Under the pieces are notes generated by a model that saw only the letters and a list, made by a program, of their open reading frames with translations, ran no database searches and had not been told where the DNA came from. Both the position numbers and the translations under genes were made by a program. DNA of 64,000 nt from Acidimicrobiia bacterium (GTDB lineage Bacteria > Actinomycetota > Acidimicrobiia > IMCC26256 > JAENVU01). The DNA lies in assembly GCA_038250905.1 (NCBI GenBank), contig JBBSBV010000004.1, positions 66,588 through 130,587 on the forward strand. The letters are read 5' to 3'. Below are positions 27,938 to 37,375 of the stretch, piece after piece. Every line of letters begins with the position of its first letter. The first letter of the stretch is position 1.

Positions 27938-28036
27938 CCGCGTCGGCCTGCTCCCGAGCGGAGCCTGCGAAGCGAGCAGTCCGGGAGCGAGCCTCACGGA
28001 GCGCATGATGCTCAGGAGCGCGAGCGGACGGACAAA
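27938..28036. repeat. GAGCG-rich REP-like element, copy A; convergent gap between the lipoprotein gene and the SDR gene.
   Basis: About 85% identical over roughly 90 nt to copy B (CTGCTCCCGAGCGGAGCCTGCG.AGCGAGC....AGCGAGCCTCACGGA..GCATGA....AGGAGCGCGAGCG.ACG). Confidence 0.55.
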
Positions 28037-28810
28037 TTACGGCGTGGTGAGGCCGCCGTCGATGACGAGGCACTGGCCGGTCATGAAGCTGGCCGCGTCG
28101 CTCGCGAGGAACAGGGCGCCGTTCGCGATCTCCTCGGGCTGGGCCATGCGCTTGATCAGGCCGGCGTTGGCCATCGCGAACTGAGCCGCTTCGTCGTTGT
28201 TGCGGACCATGTCGGTGTCGGTGGTCCCGGGGGCGAGTGCGTTGGCGCGGATGCCGTGCGGCGCGAACTCGGCGGCCATGGCCCGGGTCAGCTGCAGGAC
28301 CGCAGCCTTCGCGGAGCAGTACATCGACAGGTACGTTCCGTGGGTGAACGCGCCCGCGCTGATGACATTGACGATGCTCGCGTGATCGCTGGCGACGAGA
28401 TGGGGCAGCGCGTGCTGGACGAGGAACAAGGGACCGCGGAGGTTGGTGCCGTAGGACGATTCCCACGCTTCGGGTGTGATCGAACCGATCGGCAGGCCGA
28501 GCGCGTTGGCGGCGTTGTTGACCACGATGTCGATGCCGCCGAGCCGATCGACCGTCGTCGCCACCAGCGCGGCGAGTTCGTCGATGCGCCCGGCGTGGGC
28601 CGGCACCGAGATCGCGCGGCCACCGGCTTCGGTGATCGCCCTCGCCGCGGTGTCGCATGCCTCGGGCTTGCGGCTCGCGATCACCACCTGCGCGCCGCAC
28701 GCGGCGAAGGTCTCGGCGACGGCGCGACCGATGCCGCGGCTCCCACCGGTGACGATCGCGACGCGGTCGGTGAGGTCGAACTGGTGGTCGATGTCGGCTC
28801 GGGTTCGCAT
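28037..28810 (-). CDS. SDR family oxidoreductase.
   Basis: TGGSRGIG motif and a YCSAK catalytic motif. Start trimmed to the ATG (MRTRADIDH). Confidence 0.85.
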   Translation of the reverse strand: MRTRADIDHQFDLTDRVAIVTGGSRGIGRAVAETFAACGAQVVIASRKPEACDTAARAITEAGGRAISVPAHAGRIDELAALVATTVDRLGGIDIVVNNAANALGLPIGSITPEAWESSYGTNLRGPLFLVQHALPHLVASDHASIVNVISAGAFTHGTYLSMYCSAKAAVLQLTRAMAAEFAPHGIRANALAPGTTDTDMVRNNDEAAQFAMANAGLIKRMAQPEEIANGALFLASDAASFMTGQCLVIDGGLTTP

Positions 28811-28839
28811 GGCGGCAGTCTCTCCCACGGTGCCCGGAG

Positions 28840-30030
28840 GTGCGCGTGATCGAGTTGTCCGCGGCGCAGGCGCGCCGGATGGCACTCGCCGCGCAGGGCT
28901 TCGCCGAGAAGCGCCCCGCGGGCCGCGTCGACCGCCGTCACGTGCGCAAGGTCTTCGATCGCATCGGGGTCATCCAGATCGATTCGGTGAACGTGTTGGT
29001 GCGGTCCCAGGAGCTCCCACTGTTCGCAAGGCTGGGCCCTCACCCGCGCGACGTGTTGCCGAAGATGGTCGCGGACGGCGAACTGTTCGAGTACTGGGCG
29101 CACGAGGCGTCACTGCTGCCGATGGAGATGCATCCGCTGTTCCGGTGGAAGATGACGTCACGCGAGGGGATGTGGAACGGCCTTGCCCGCCTTGCCGAGG
29201 AGCAGCCGGAGCTGCTTGCCACGCTGCTCGCCGAGGTCGAGGCCCGGGGTCCGTTGGCGGCGAGCGACATCGAGGGCCGGGCCGGCAAGGCGGGGCCGTG
29301 GTGGGGTTGGGACCACACGAAGCAGGCGCTCGAGGTGTTGTTCTTCATGGGCCAGGTCTCGGCCCGGCGCCGGTCGAACTTCGAACGCGAGTACGACCTC
29401 GTCGAGCGCATGGTCGGAGCCGACCTCCTCGGCCCGGTACCACCGACCGAGGCCGACGCGTGGAAGGAGCTGCTCGTCCGTGCCGCGCAGGCCCACGGAG
29501 TCGGCACGGCGAAGGATCTCGCCGACTACTACCGGCTCAACACCGTCCGCGCCCGCCCGCTGCTCGAGGAACTGGTGGCCGAAGGTCGGCTGGTACCCGC
29601 GACCGTCGAGGGCTGGAAGGGCCCGGTGTACGCGCACCCGCACGCGACGGTGCCGCGCTGGATCCGCGCCCGCGCGCTGTTGTCGCCGTTCGATTCGTTG
29701 ATCTGGGAACGGGCGCGTACCGAGCGACTCTTCGGGTTCCGCTACCGGCTCGAGATCTACGTGCCGGCGGAGAAGCGGGTCCACGGCTACTACGTGTTGC
29801 CGTTCCTGCTCGGCGACCGGCTGGTGGCACGCGTCGATCTGAAGGCCGATCGGACCGGGCGCGTGCTCCGGGTGCGGGGTGCCTTCGGGGAGGACCCGAT
29901 CCCATCTCCCGAGGTGGCCGCCGAACTCGCCGCCGAGTTGCAACTGCTGGCCGCCTGGCTGGGCCTCGACGCCGTCTCCGTCACCCCCCACGGCGACCTC
30001 GCCCCCGCCCTTGCCGAAGCACTGGGCTGA
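28840..30030 (+). CDS. Winged-helix DNA-binding protein, DUF1006 / YcaQ-like (second paralogue).
   Basis: Collinear with YcaQ-family proteins (FEYWAHEASLLP, WYLLPFL... blocks), 396 aa. Confidence 0.7.
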   Translation: MRVIELSAAQARRMALAAQGFAEKRPAGRVDRRHVRKVFDRIGVIQIDSVNVLVRSQELPLFARLGPHPRDVLPKMVADGELFEYWAHEASLLPMEMHPLFRWKMTSREGMWNGLARLAEEQPELLATLLAEVEARGPLAASDIEGRAGKAGPWWGWDHTKQALEVLFFMGQVSARRRSNFEREYDLVERMVGADLLGPVPPTEADAWKELLVRAAQAHGVGTAKDLADYYRLNTVRARPLLEELVAEGRLVPATVEGWKGPVYAHPHATVPRWIRARALLSPFDSLIWERARTERLFGFRYRLEIYVPAEKRVHGYYVLPFLLGDRLVARVDLKADRTGRVLRVRGAFGEDPIPSPEVAAELAAELQLLAAWLGLDAVSVTPHGDLAPALAEALG

Positions 30031-30153
30031 GCAGGCACGCAACCTGCTCCCCGAGCGGAGCCTGCGGAGCGAGCCGCGAGGCAGCGAGCCTCACGGAAGG
30101 CATGACGCGTAGGAGCGCGAGCGAACGAGCCGACAGGGCGTACGGACCGGAAT
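30031..30153. repeat. GAGCG-rich REP-like element, copy B; convergent gap between the YcaQ-like-2 gene and VIT1.
   Basis: See copy A; the alignment was made by eye. Confidence 0.55.
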
Positions 30154-30903
30154 TCAGACGACGGTCCCGAGCAGCTTTCCGATCACGGCGGCGATCAGCA
30201 TGGCGACGCCACCGATGAGCGTGACGCGCAGGGCCGCGCGTACGACGGGTGCGGCACCGAGGCGAGCCCCGACCGCGCCGATCACCGCGAGGAGCACGAG
30301 CGCCGCGACCGCGATGACGGCGATGCGTGCCGAGGCCGGTACGGCCGCGGCAATCAACACCGACGGAGTGGCGCCCAGCAGGAACCCGGCCGACGAGACG
30401 CCGGCAGCCTGAATCGGACGCGCGGTGCCTTCGATGTCGAGGCCCAACTCGTCGCGCACGTGGGTTCCGAGCGCATCGGTCTTCGTCAGCTGGATGGCGA
30501 CCTGACGGGCGATCGGGCGGTCGAGTCCACGTTGCTCGTAGATCTGGGTGAGCTCCTCGAGTTCCGTCTCCGGGAACTCCTGGAGCTCGACGGTTTCCCG
30601 GGCGATGTCGGCGTGCTCGGTGTCGCGCTGCGAGGAGACCGACGTGTACTCACCGGCGGCCATCGACAGCGCGCCGGCCACGACCGACGCGACCCCCGCG
30701 ATGATGAGTGCATTCCGATCGCTGCTCGCGGCGGCCACTCCGATCAGCAGGCTCGACGTCGAACCGACGCCGTCCTGCGCGCCGAGCACCGCGGCTCGGA
30801 GCCAACCGATTCGATCGGACCGATGCGATTCGGCGTGAAGTCTTCTGGGCACGGCACCAGCATGCCCGCGAAACGCGCCGGATGCGGGAACGAACGAGCC
30901 CAT
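30154..30903 (-). CDS. VIT1/CCC1 family (vacuolar iron transporter-like) membrane protein.
   Basis: VLGAQDGVGSTSSLLIGVA N-terminal motif and a C-terminal 3-TM cluster. Confidence 0.7.
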   Translation of the reverse strand: MGSFVPASGAFRGHAGAVPRRLHAESHRSDRIGWLRAAVLGAQDGVGSTSSLLIGVAAASSDRNALIIAGVASVVAGALSMAAGEYTSVSSQRDTEHADIARETVELQEFPETELEELTQIYEQRGLDRPIARQVAIQLTKTDALGTHVRDELGLDIEGTARPIQAAGVSSAGFLLGATPSVLIAAAVPASARIAVIAVAALVLLAVIGAVGARLGAAPVVRAALRVTLIGGVAMLIAAVIGKLLGTVV

Positions 30904-30959
30904 CGATCGGTTTCGGGTGATACGAAGGGTCGGTACAACTCTCGAACGGGGTAGGGGCC

Positions 30960-33041
30960 ATGGTGTACGTCATCGTGTTGATCGTGGTGTTCTTCATCGC
31001 GGTCTTGTTGTTCAAGTCGGTACACCTGATCGGCCCGGCGCAGGTCGGCCTGGTCAACAAGCGCCTCGCGATCCGCAAGCTGCCCGAGGACAACCCGATT
31101 GCGTTCCGGGGCGAGGCCGGCTACCAGGCCGAGCTGCTCACGCCGGGTCTGCGCATCAAGTTGTGGCCGATCTTCGCGGTGCAGAAGTACCCGTGGGTCC
31201 AGGTCCCGGCGGGTGAGATCGGTGTGGTCATCGCCCAGGTGGGCCAACCGTTGCCGATCGGCGCGAAGAGCGGCGTGTACCGCAGCGAGTTCGCCAACTT
31301 CTCGAACCTGGCGACGTTCGTGAACGGTGGTGGCCAGAAGGGCGTGCAGCGCCCGGTGCTCCCGCCGGGAACCTTGGTGCCGATCCACCCCGTGGCCTTC
31401 CTCGTGCTGACCCCGGGTCAGGTCTACGGAGTACCGGTCTCGCCCGACATCGCGGCCCAGACGCGCGGCAGCGCGGGGATGCTGTCGCCGGCGTCGTTCG
31501 GCCTCGCCGCCGAGGCGTTGCGCGTCGTGGTGATCTCGCCGGAAGGTCCGGTCGACATGATCGGCATCGTCACCGTGCTCGAGGGTGAACCGCTGCCGAG
31601 TGGCGACATCGCGAGCCGGCTCGCCGGGTACGAGGACGTCACCTCGATGGAACAGGAAGCCGTCGAGCGGGGCGCGTCGACGAGCGAAACCGACGCCCGC
31701 ATCATCGAGGTCCTGCTCGGCAACAAGAACGTCCAACACAACAACTACCAGGACATCCAGGCGTTCCTGGAGGCCGGCGGCAAGATCGGCCTGCAGCACG
31801 ACCCGCTGCTGTACGGCGCGTACCTGTTGAATCCGTTCCTGGTGCGCGTCGAGATGGTCCCGATGCTCGTGGTGAACCAGGGCGAGGTCGCCGTCATCAA
31901 GGCGTTCGTCGGTCTGCCCACGCTCGACACCAGCGGCAGCGAGTTCAAGTTCGGCTCGATCGTCTCGCCCGGACACCGGGGGATCTGGCGCGAGCCGCTG
32001 CGGACGGGCAAGTACCCGATCAACCCGCGGTGTTACGCGCCCGAGATCGTGCCGACGTCGATCCTCACGTTGAACTGGTCGAAGGAGATCAGCGCATCCC
32101 ACAACCTCGACGCCCATCTCGCGCCGATCGAGGGCAAGAGCCGGGAAGGGTTCGTCTTCTCGATCGAGCTCCAGGTGCAGATCCACGTGCCCGACACGCG
32201 CGCCCCGAAGGTGATCTCGATGGTCGGCACGATGCTCAACCTCGTCAACGAGGTCCTCCAATCCGCGGTGGGGAACCACTTCCGGAACACGCTCCAGGAC
32301 CAGGCCGCGGTCACGTTCATCGAGACCCGGATGCAGGTGCAGCAGGCCGCCCTGGTGCACGTCACCGAATACCTGCAGCTGTACGAGGTGGAGACCAAGG
32401 GCGTCTACATCCAGAACGTGCACTTCCCGGAGGAGCTGGTCAAGGTCCTGACCGAGCGCGAGATCGCCAACCAGGAGAAGGCGACCTTCGAGGAGATGCA
32501 GCGCGCGCAGACCACCCGCATCGAGATGGAGAAGGCGAAGGGCACCGCGAACATGCAGGCCGAACTCGCCAACGCGCAGGTGAGTGTCGAGATCCAACGC
32601 AACCGGGCCGACGCCCGCCAGGCCGAAGCCACTGGTGAGGCGGCCTACGTCGAGCTCACCGGGCGGGCCGAGGCGACCAAGATCGAGGCGATCGGCCTGG
32701 CGGAAGCCAAGGCCACCGAGGCCCTCGGCGTGGCCCGCGCCACCGGATTCGAGGCCCAGAAGGAGGCCCTCGGCGGCACCGCGACCGCGCTGGTCGCGGT
32801 GGCGAACGCGGTCGCCGACGGGCACATCACGGTGGTGCCCGAGGTGCTGGTGACCGGCGGCGGTGGTGGCAGTCTCGACGGACTCGCGGCGTCGCTCATC
32901 CGGTATCTGGGCCAGAACCGCGCGGCGCCGACACCTGCGGTGGCGATCGATCCGGTGGAGTCGTTGCGCGAGGAGCTAGTGGGCGGCGCGGGCGACGGCG
33001 AGGATCGTCCGATGGGCGACGGTGGTGGCGTTCGGACCTAA
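30960..33041 (+). CDS. Flotillin / SPFH (band-7) domain membrane protein.
   Basis: N-terminal TM helix, an SPFH domain, and a long Ala/Glu-rich coiled-coil flotillin tail (EAQKEALGG...). Confidence 0.85.
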   Translation: MVYVIVLIVVFFIAVLLFKSVHLIGPAQVGLVNKRLAIRKLPEDNPIAFRGEAGYQAELLTPGLRIKLWPIFAVQKYPWVQVPAGEIGVVIAQVGQPLPIGAKSGVYRSEFANFSNLATFVNGGGQKGVQRPVLPPGTLVPIHPVAFLVLTPGQVYGVPVSPDIAAQTRGSAGMLSPASFGLAAEALRVVVISPEGPVDMIGIVTVLEGEPLPSGDIASRLAGYEDVTSMEQEAVERGASTSETDARIIEVLLGNKNVQHNNYQDIQAFLEAGGKIGLQHDPLLYGAYLLNPFLVRVEMVPMLVVNQGEVAVIKAFVGLPTLDTSGSEFKFGSIVSPGHRGIWREPLRTGKYPINPRCYAPEIVPTSILTLNWSKEISASHNLDAHLAPIEGKSREGFVFSIELQVQIHVPDTRAPKVISMVGTMLNLVNEVLQSAVGNHFRNTLQDQAAVTFIETRMQVQQAALVHVTEYLQLYEVETKGVYIQNVHFPEELVKVLTEREIANQEKATFEEMQRAQTTRIEMEKAKGTANMQAELANAQVSVEIQRNRADARQAEATGEAAYVELTGRAEATKIEAIGLAEAKATEALGVARATGFEAQKEALGGTATALVAVANAVADGHITVVPEVLVTGGGGGSLDGLAASLIRYLGQNRAAPTPAVAIDPVESLREELVGGAGDGEDRPMGDGGGVRT

Positions 33042-33206
33042 CCGCCGGACCTCCACGACCTGACCGTTGGCCAGGGCGAGGAGGAGTCGAGTTCCCCGCC
33101 AGCTGCGCCGGTTGGCCACCCGTTCGACCTCGACGATGGGGATCATCCGCTCGCCGTCGTCGGTCGTGATCTCGATGCGATCGTCGAACACGAAGAGCGA
33201 TCCCAT
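32976..33206 (-). CDS. Small hypothetical protein (76 aa), possibly bacterial PH-like; convergent 3' overlap with the flotillin gene.
   Basis: Good GC3 codon bias for its first roughly 40 codons and an ATG start. It sits in an otherwise empty gap but overlaps the flotillin 3' end by 66 nt, which lowers confidence. Confidence 0.3.
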   Translation of the reverse strand: MGSLFVFDDRIEITTDDGERMIPIVEVERVANRRSWRGTRLLLALANGQVVEVRRLGPNATTVAHRTILAVARAAH

Positions 33207-33296
33207 GGTCCGGCCGATCCGTACGTTGGTCAACGCCAGGCGCGCCTCGTCTCCCACGCCGTCGACGGTATCCGGGTCGTCGCCGCGGAGGCACAC

Positions 33297-34574
33297 TTGG
33301 CGGGCGCGCCATACGCTGCGCCGATGCGCGCCCTCCTCTTCGGTACCGAACCCGAGTCCGTCCCCGAACCCGCGACCGACAACCGCAATCTCAAGATGTT
33401 GGCGGCCGCGCCGATGCGGGTCGTCGACCTCGACGAACCCCGCTTGTTCGGGCCTGACTGGGTCATGACCAAACCCCGATTGGTCGGGATCTGCGGTTCG
33501 GAGTCGAAGCAGGCGTTCTTCGACTACGCGAGTTTCACGTCGCCCGAGCGTTCGGGATCGTTCCGGGACAACCCGATGAAGAACTTCGTGTCCTTCCCGC
33601 ACGTGATGGGGCACGAGGTGGTGGCCGACGTGGTCGAGATCGGACCTGAGACCGAGGGGCTGGCCGTCGGCGACCGGGTGGTGCTGAATCCCTGGCTCAC
33701 CTGCGGGCCGCGTGGCGTGGCCGAGTTCTGCCCGGCGTGCCAGGCCGGTGACCTGAGTCAGTGCTGGTCGTTCGGAGTCGGTCCCATTGCACCCGGAATC
33801 CATACCGGGATGTGCAAGGACGTCCCGGGCGGGTTCGGCGAGTTGATGGCGGCCCACGACTCGATGCTCTTCAAGGTGCCCGACTCGATCACCGACGAGC
33901 AGGCGGTGTTCGCCGATCCCTTCGCGGTGTCGATGCACGGGATCACGCGGCACCCGCCACGGGAGGGTTCGAAGGTCGTCGTGTACGGCGCCGGCGCGCT
34001 GGGGACGAGCGCCATCGCGATTCTGCGCGCGTTCTATCCGAGCGTCGAGGTGATGGCGGTGGCGCGGTTCGATACGCAGATCGCACTGGCGCAGTCGCTC
34101 GGAGCCCTGACGGTTGCACCCGAGCCGCGGGAGGCACTGATCGAGGCGGTGGCCGCGTGGTCAGGCGGCGTGTTGCAACCGGCCGACGGGCTCCCGATGG
34201 CGTTCCCGGGTGGAATCGACGTGGTCTACGACACCATCGGTGCGGCCGAGACACTCGAGGTGGGGGCGCGGGTGCTCCGGGCGCGCGGCACGCTCGTGAA
34301 GCTCGGGATGCACGGTCCGGCTCGTTGGGAGGACACGCCCGTCTACTTCAAGGAGATCACGTTCACCGGTTCGAACGCGTTCGGGTTCGAGGAGGTGGAC
34401 GGCGTGCGCAAACACGGGATCCAGCACTACCTCGATCTCGTCGAGGCCGGAAGAATCGACCTCACGGGCATGCTCACCCACACGTTCCGGCTCGAGCAGT
34501 GGCGCGACGCGTTCGCGGCGCTTGCGGACCAAGAAGCGTCCGGCGCGATCAAGGTCGCGATCGACTACCGCTGA
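33297..34574 (+). CDS. Zinc-binding alcohol dehydrogenase (MDR superfamily).
   Basis: GHEVVADVVEIG zinc-ligand region, structural-Zn Cys cluster (CGPRGVAEFCPAC) and VVYGAGALG Rossmann motif. The true start may be the MRALLF codon at 33324. Confidence 0.85.
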   Translation: MAGAPYAAPMRALLFGTEPESVPEPATDNRNLKMLAAAPMRVVDLDEPRLFGPDWVMTKPRLVGICGSESKQAFFDYASFTSPERSGSFRDNPMKNFVSFPHVMGHEVVADVVEIGPETEGLAVGDRVVLNPWLTCGPRGVAEFCPACQAGDLSQCWSFGVGPIAPGIHTGMCKDVPGGFGELMAAHDSMLFKVPDSITDEQAVFADPFAVSMHGITRHPPREGSKVVVYGAGALGTSAIAILRAFYPSVEVMAVARFDTQIALAQSLGALTVAPEPREALIEAVAAWSGGVLQPADGLPMAFPGGIDVVYDTIGAAETLEVGARVLRARGTLVKLGMHGPARWEDTPVYFKEITFTGSNAFGFEEVDGVRKHGIQHYLDLVEAGRIDLTGMLTHTFRLEQWRDAFAALADQEASGAIKVAIDYR

Positions 34575-34884
34575 TCACCGGGGACCGCTGCCGGCGCAGC
34601 CGGTCCACCACGATGACGCCCGCGACGATGAGGCCCAGGATCACGAGTGACTGTGCGAGATCGTCGGCACGCGTGATGTCGAAGCCACCGTCCCGCCGGC
34701 CGTCGCGGCCGTCGAGGTTGGCGGTGACCGGTGCCCCCGGGGGTGGGACGAGATTTCGGCTGTCGAAACCGTGGCCGCGATCGGAGACGAGGGACGCGGC
34801 CGGGCTGTGCTTCATGGCGAACCCCAACGCCATGATCACGGCGACGACGCCGATGACGACGAGGATCTGACGGGCGAGCTTCAT
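34549..34884 (-). CDS. Small membrane protein (111 aa, two TM helices), hypothetical.
   Basis: ATG with a GGGGA RBS, coupled by an ATGA overlap to the upstream DUF4405-like gene. N- and C-terminal hydrophobic helices. The ORF-track 343-aa entry is an over-extension. Confidence 0.45.
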   Translation of the reverse strand: MKLARQILVVIGVVAVIMALGFAMKHSPAASLVSDRGHGFDSRNLVPPPGAPVTANLDGRDGRRDGGFDITRADDLAQSLVILGLIVAGVIVVDRLRRQRSPVISGSRSRP

Positions 34885-35390
34885 CGTGATCCCCGTGCGA
34901 CGCGCGACGGGGCGAGGAGTCGACGGCCGACCGCGACGATCCAGCGCCAACTCAGTGCGATGTGCAGGCCCACGAGGGCGATGCACACGTCGGCGGTCGT
35001 GGTGTGCAGCCCGGTCCAGAACGGATCGCGGACCGTCGAGATGCCGATCGCCGGGAGCGCGGACCGCGAGATGAGCACCCCCGAGCCGATGCACAGCGTC
35101 ATGGCACCGATCAACCCGAGATCGAGCACCCAGCGCAGCTTCTCGCGCCCGGCGTACGAACCCAGGAGCCGCCGAGCGGTGCGGAGAACCCAGTCCCAGT
35201 GCAGCGCGACGTGCACGACGAGCGGGATGCCCAGGCCGATGCCGATCCACTCGTGGGCGGAGAGGCCGGTGAACCGGAAGCTGTAGTCGAGCGCGAAGGC
35301 CACGAAGAGCACGGCGTCGAGCCAGAAGTCGATCTTGGTGCGTCCCGGTACTCGCCGGCGGGGAGCGCGCACTTCGGTCGTCGTCGCCAT
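34881..35390 (-). CDS. DUF4405-like cytochrome-b-type membrane protein.
   Basis: Four TM helices with conserved His (HEWIG, HVALHWDW). Start trimmed to the ATG (MATTTEV). Confidence 0.5.
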   Translation of the reverse strand: MATTTEVRAPRRRVPGRTKIDFWLDAVLFVAFALDYSFRFTGLSAHEWIGIGLGIPLVVHVALHWDWVLRTARRLLGSYAGREKLRWVLDLGLIGAMTLCIGSGVLISRSALPAIGISTVRDPFWTGLHTTTADVCIALVGLHIALSWRWIVAVGRRLLAPSRVARGSR

Positions 35391-35465
35391 ACTCACGGAC
35401 CGAGTATGGCGTCCGTACGCGAGGGGTCCGGACGGCAACCTGAGAACGTCCTCGGGTCGAGGAAG

Positions 35466-37010
35466 TCAGTTCACGAGCTTGTCGCGGCCCTCCCAGAACG
35501 GCGCGCGGAGCTTGAACTTCTGCAGCTTGCCGGTGGCCGTGCGGGCCAACTCGTCCCGGAACTCGATCGAGGTCGGGCACTTGTAGTGCGCGATGTGTTC
35601 GCGGCAGTGGGCGATGAGCACCGCTTCATCGACGTCGTCGCGGCCCGGCCGCAGGACCACGAGCGCCTTCACCGTCTCGCCCCATTTGTCGTCGGGGACA
35701 CCGATGGCGGCCACCTCGACCACTGCGGGGTGCTGGAACAGGCAGTCCTCGACCTCGATCGAGCTGACGTTCTCGCCACCCGAGATAATCACGTCCTTCT
35801 TGCGGTCCGAGATCACCACGTAGGCGTCGTCGAGTTCGCCACCGTCACCGGTGTGGAACCAGCCGTCCACGATCGCGTCGGCCGTCGCCTCCGGCTGATC
35901 CCAGTAGCCCTCGAACACGTGATTCGACCGGGCCAGCACCTCGCCCTGGTCGTCGATCCGGACCCGGACCCCGACCGCGGGTGTTCCCGCGCGGGAGAGC
36001 CGCCGCGCCCGGTCGGCGGGGGAGAGGTCGTCGTACTCCGCGATCCGCCGGTTGACGGTGAGGAGCGGCGACGTCTCCGTGAGCCCGTAGATCTGCATGA
36101 ACTCCCAGCCGAGGTCGGTCTCGACCCGCTCGATCAACTTCGACGGTGGTGGCGCCCCGGCCACCACCATGCGCACCTGGTCGCGACCGGGCACCGCTTC
36201 GCCGCGCTCGCGTCGGGCCGCCGCCGCATCGAGGGCGGCCGCCACCACCGCCGGCGCGCCGGCCAGGAACGTCACACCGTGTCGGTCGATCCGGCTCAGG
36301 ATGTCCTCACCGTCGATCTTGCGGATCACCACCTGCCGGGCGCCCATCGCGGCGACGGCGAAGGGCAGGCCCCAACCGTTGCAGTGGAACGTGGGCAGCG
36401 TGTGCAGATAGGTGTCGCGGTCGTCGACGCCCATGTGCCAACCGAAGGTGACCGCGTTGAGCCACAGGTTGCGGTGGGTCATCTGCACGCCCTTGGGTCG
36501 CGCGGTCGTGCCCGAGGTGTAGTTGATCGTGGCAGTCGCGGTCTCGTCGTCCGCCGTGTAGCGCGGCTCGCCGATGCGCCCGAAGAGCTCCGCGTCGGTC
36601 TCGGCGCCGAGCACGAAACGGTGGCGCACCGCGAGGTCCTTCGTGAGTTCGTCGTACTCCGGGTCGACGAGCAGGGCCTCGGCCCCCGAGTGTTCGACGA
36701 TGTAGGCGATCTCGTCGCGGTTGAGCCGGAAGTTGATCGGCACCAGGACCCGACCGTGCGCGGGGATTCCGAAGAGGGCGCTGAGGAACCGCCCGGCGTT
36801 CGGCGACAGGATCGCGATGCGCGCACCCGGGTCGAGGTCCAGCTCGTCGCACGCGACCGCGACCGACCGGGCCTGGCGACCGAGGGTCGCGTAGTCGATC
36901 GTCCCGATGCCGCCGCCCGGTGGATTCGGCTCGTCGATCACCGCGGCGCGGTGACCGAAGACCGTCTCGGCTCGGTGCAGAAAGTCGAGCGTGGTCAACG
37001 GAACGTGCAT
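35466..37010 (-). CDS. AMP-dependent acyl-CoA synthetase (fatty-acid--CoA ligase).
   Basis: AMP-binding motif (YTSGTTARPKGV), the YGLTE motif and a C-terminal GWFHTGDGG...DRKKDVIISGGEN block. Start trimmed to the ATG (MHVPLTTLD). Confidence 0.9.
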   Translation of the reverse strand: MHVPLTTLDFLHRAETVFGHRAAVIDEPNPPGGGIGTIDYATLGRQARSVAVACDELDLDPGARIAILSPNAGRFLSALFGIPAHGRVLVPINFRLNRDEIAYIVEHSGAEALLVDPEYDELTKDLAVRHRFVLGAETDAELFGRIGEPRYTADDETATATINYTSGTTARPKGVQMTHRNLWLNAVTFGWHMGVDDRDTYLHTLPTFHCNGWGLPFAVAAMGARQVVIRKIDGEDILSRIDRHGVTFLAGAPAVVAAALDAAAARRERGEAVPGRDQVRMVVAGAPPPSKLIERVETDLGWEFMQIYGLTETSPLLTVNRRIAEYDDLSPADRARRLSRAGTPAVGVRVRIDDQGEVLARSNHVFEGYWDQPEATADAIVDGWFHTGDGGELDDAYVVISDRKKDVIISGGENVSSIEVEDCLFQHPAVVEVAAIGVPDDKWGETVKALVVLRPGRDDVDEAVLIAHCREHIAHYKCPTSIEFRDELARTATGKLQKFKLRAPFWEGRDKLVN

Positions 37011-37081
37011 GGTGCTCCCCCTGGCAGTGAGGTCCGCATCGTAGGTGGCTGCCTCCGGGACGGCCTCGCGAGGACGGCGGG

Positions 37082-37369
37082 TCAGGAGTGGCGGCGGGCG
37101 TGGTCGACCTCGCCGTCGACTCGGATCCGCTTCGTCCGACTGTGCGCGCCGGTGAGGAGGGTCACGTTCCGGGGTGGGACGCCGAGGTGGTCCGCCAACC
37201 ACCGGAGGAGTTCGGCGTTGGCCTTGCCGCCGTCGGCCGGTGCGGTGACGCGCACCTTGAGTGCCTCGCCGAGCTCACCGACGACGCCGGCGCGTCGGGC
37301 GCCCGGTTGGACGCGCAGGGTCAGCTCCCATCCGTCGCCGACGCGTCGCGCCCAGCTGCCCGCGGCCAC
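37082..37369 (-). CDS. DUF167 (YggU/UPF0235) family protein.
   Basis: L(R/K)V...APADGGKAN...L(L/V) motif block characteristic of DUF167, 95 aa. Confidence 0.6.
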   Translation of the reverse strand: MAAGSWARRVGDGWELTLRVQPGARRAGVVGELGEALKVRVTAPADGGKANAELLRWLADHLGVPPRNVTLLTGAHSRTKRIRVDGEVDHARRHS

Positions 37370-37375
37370 GACTCG

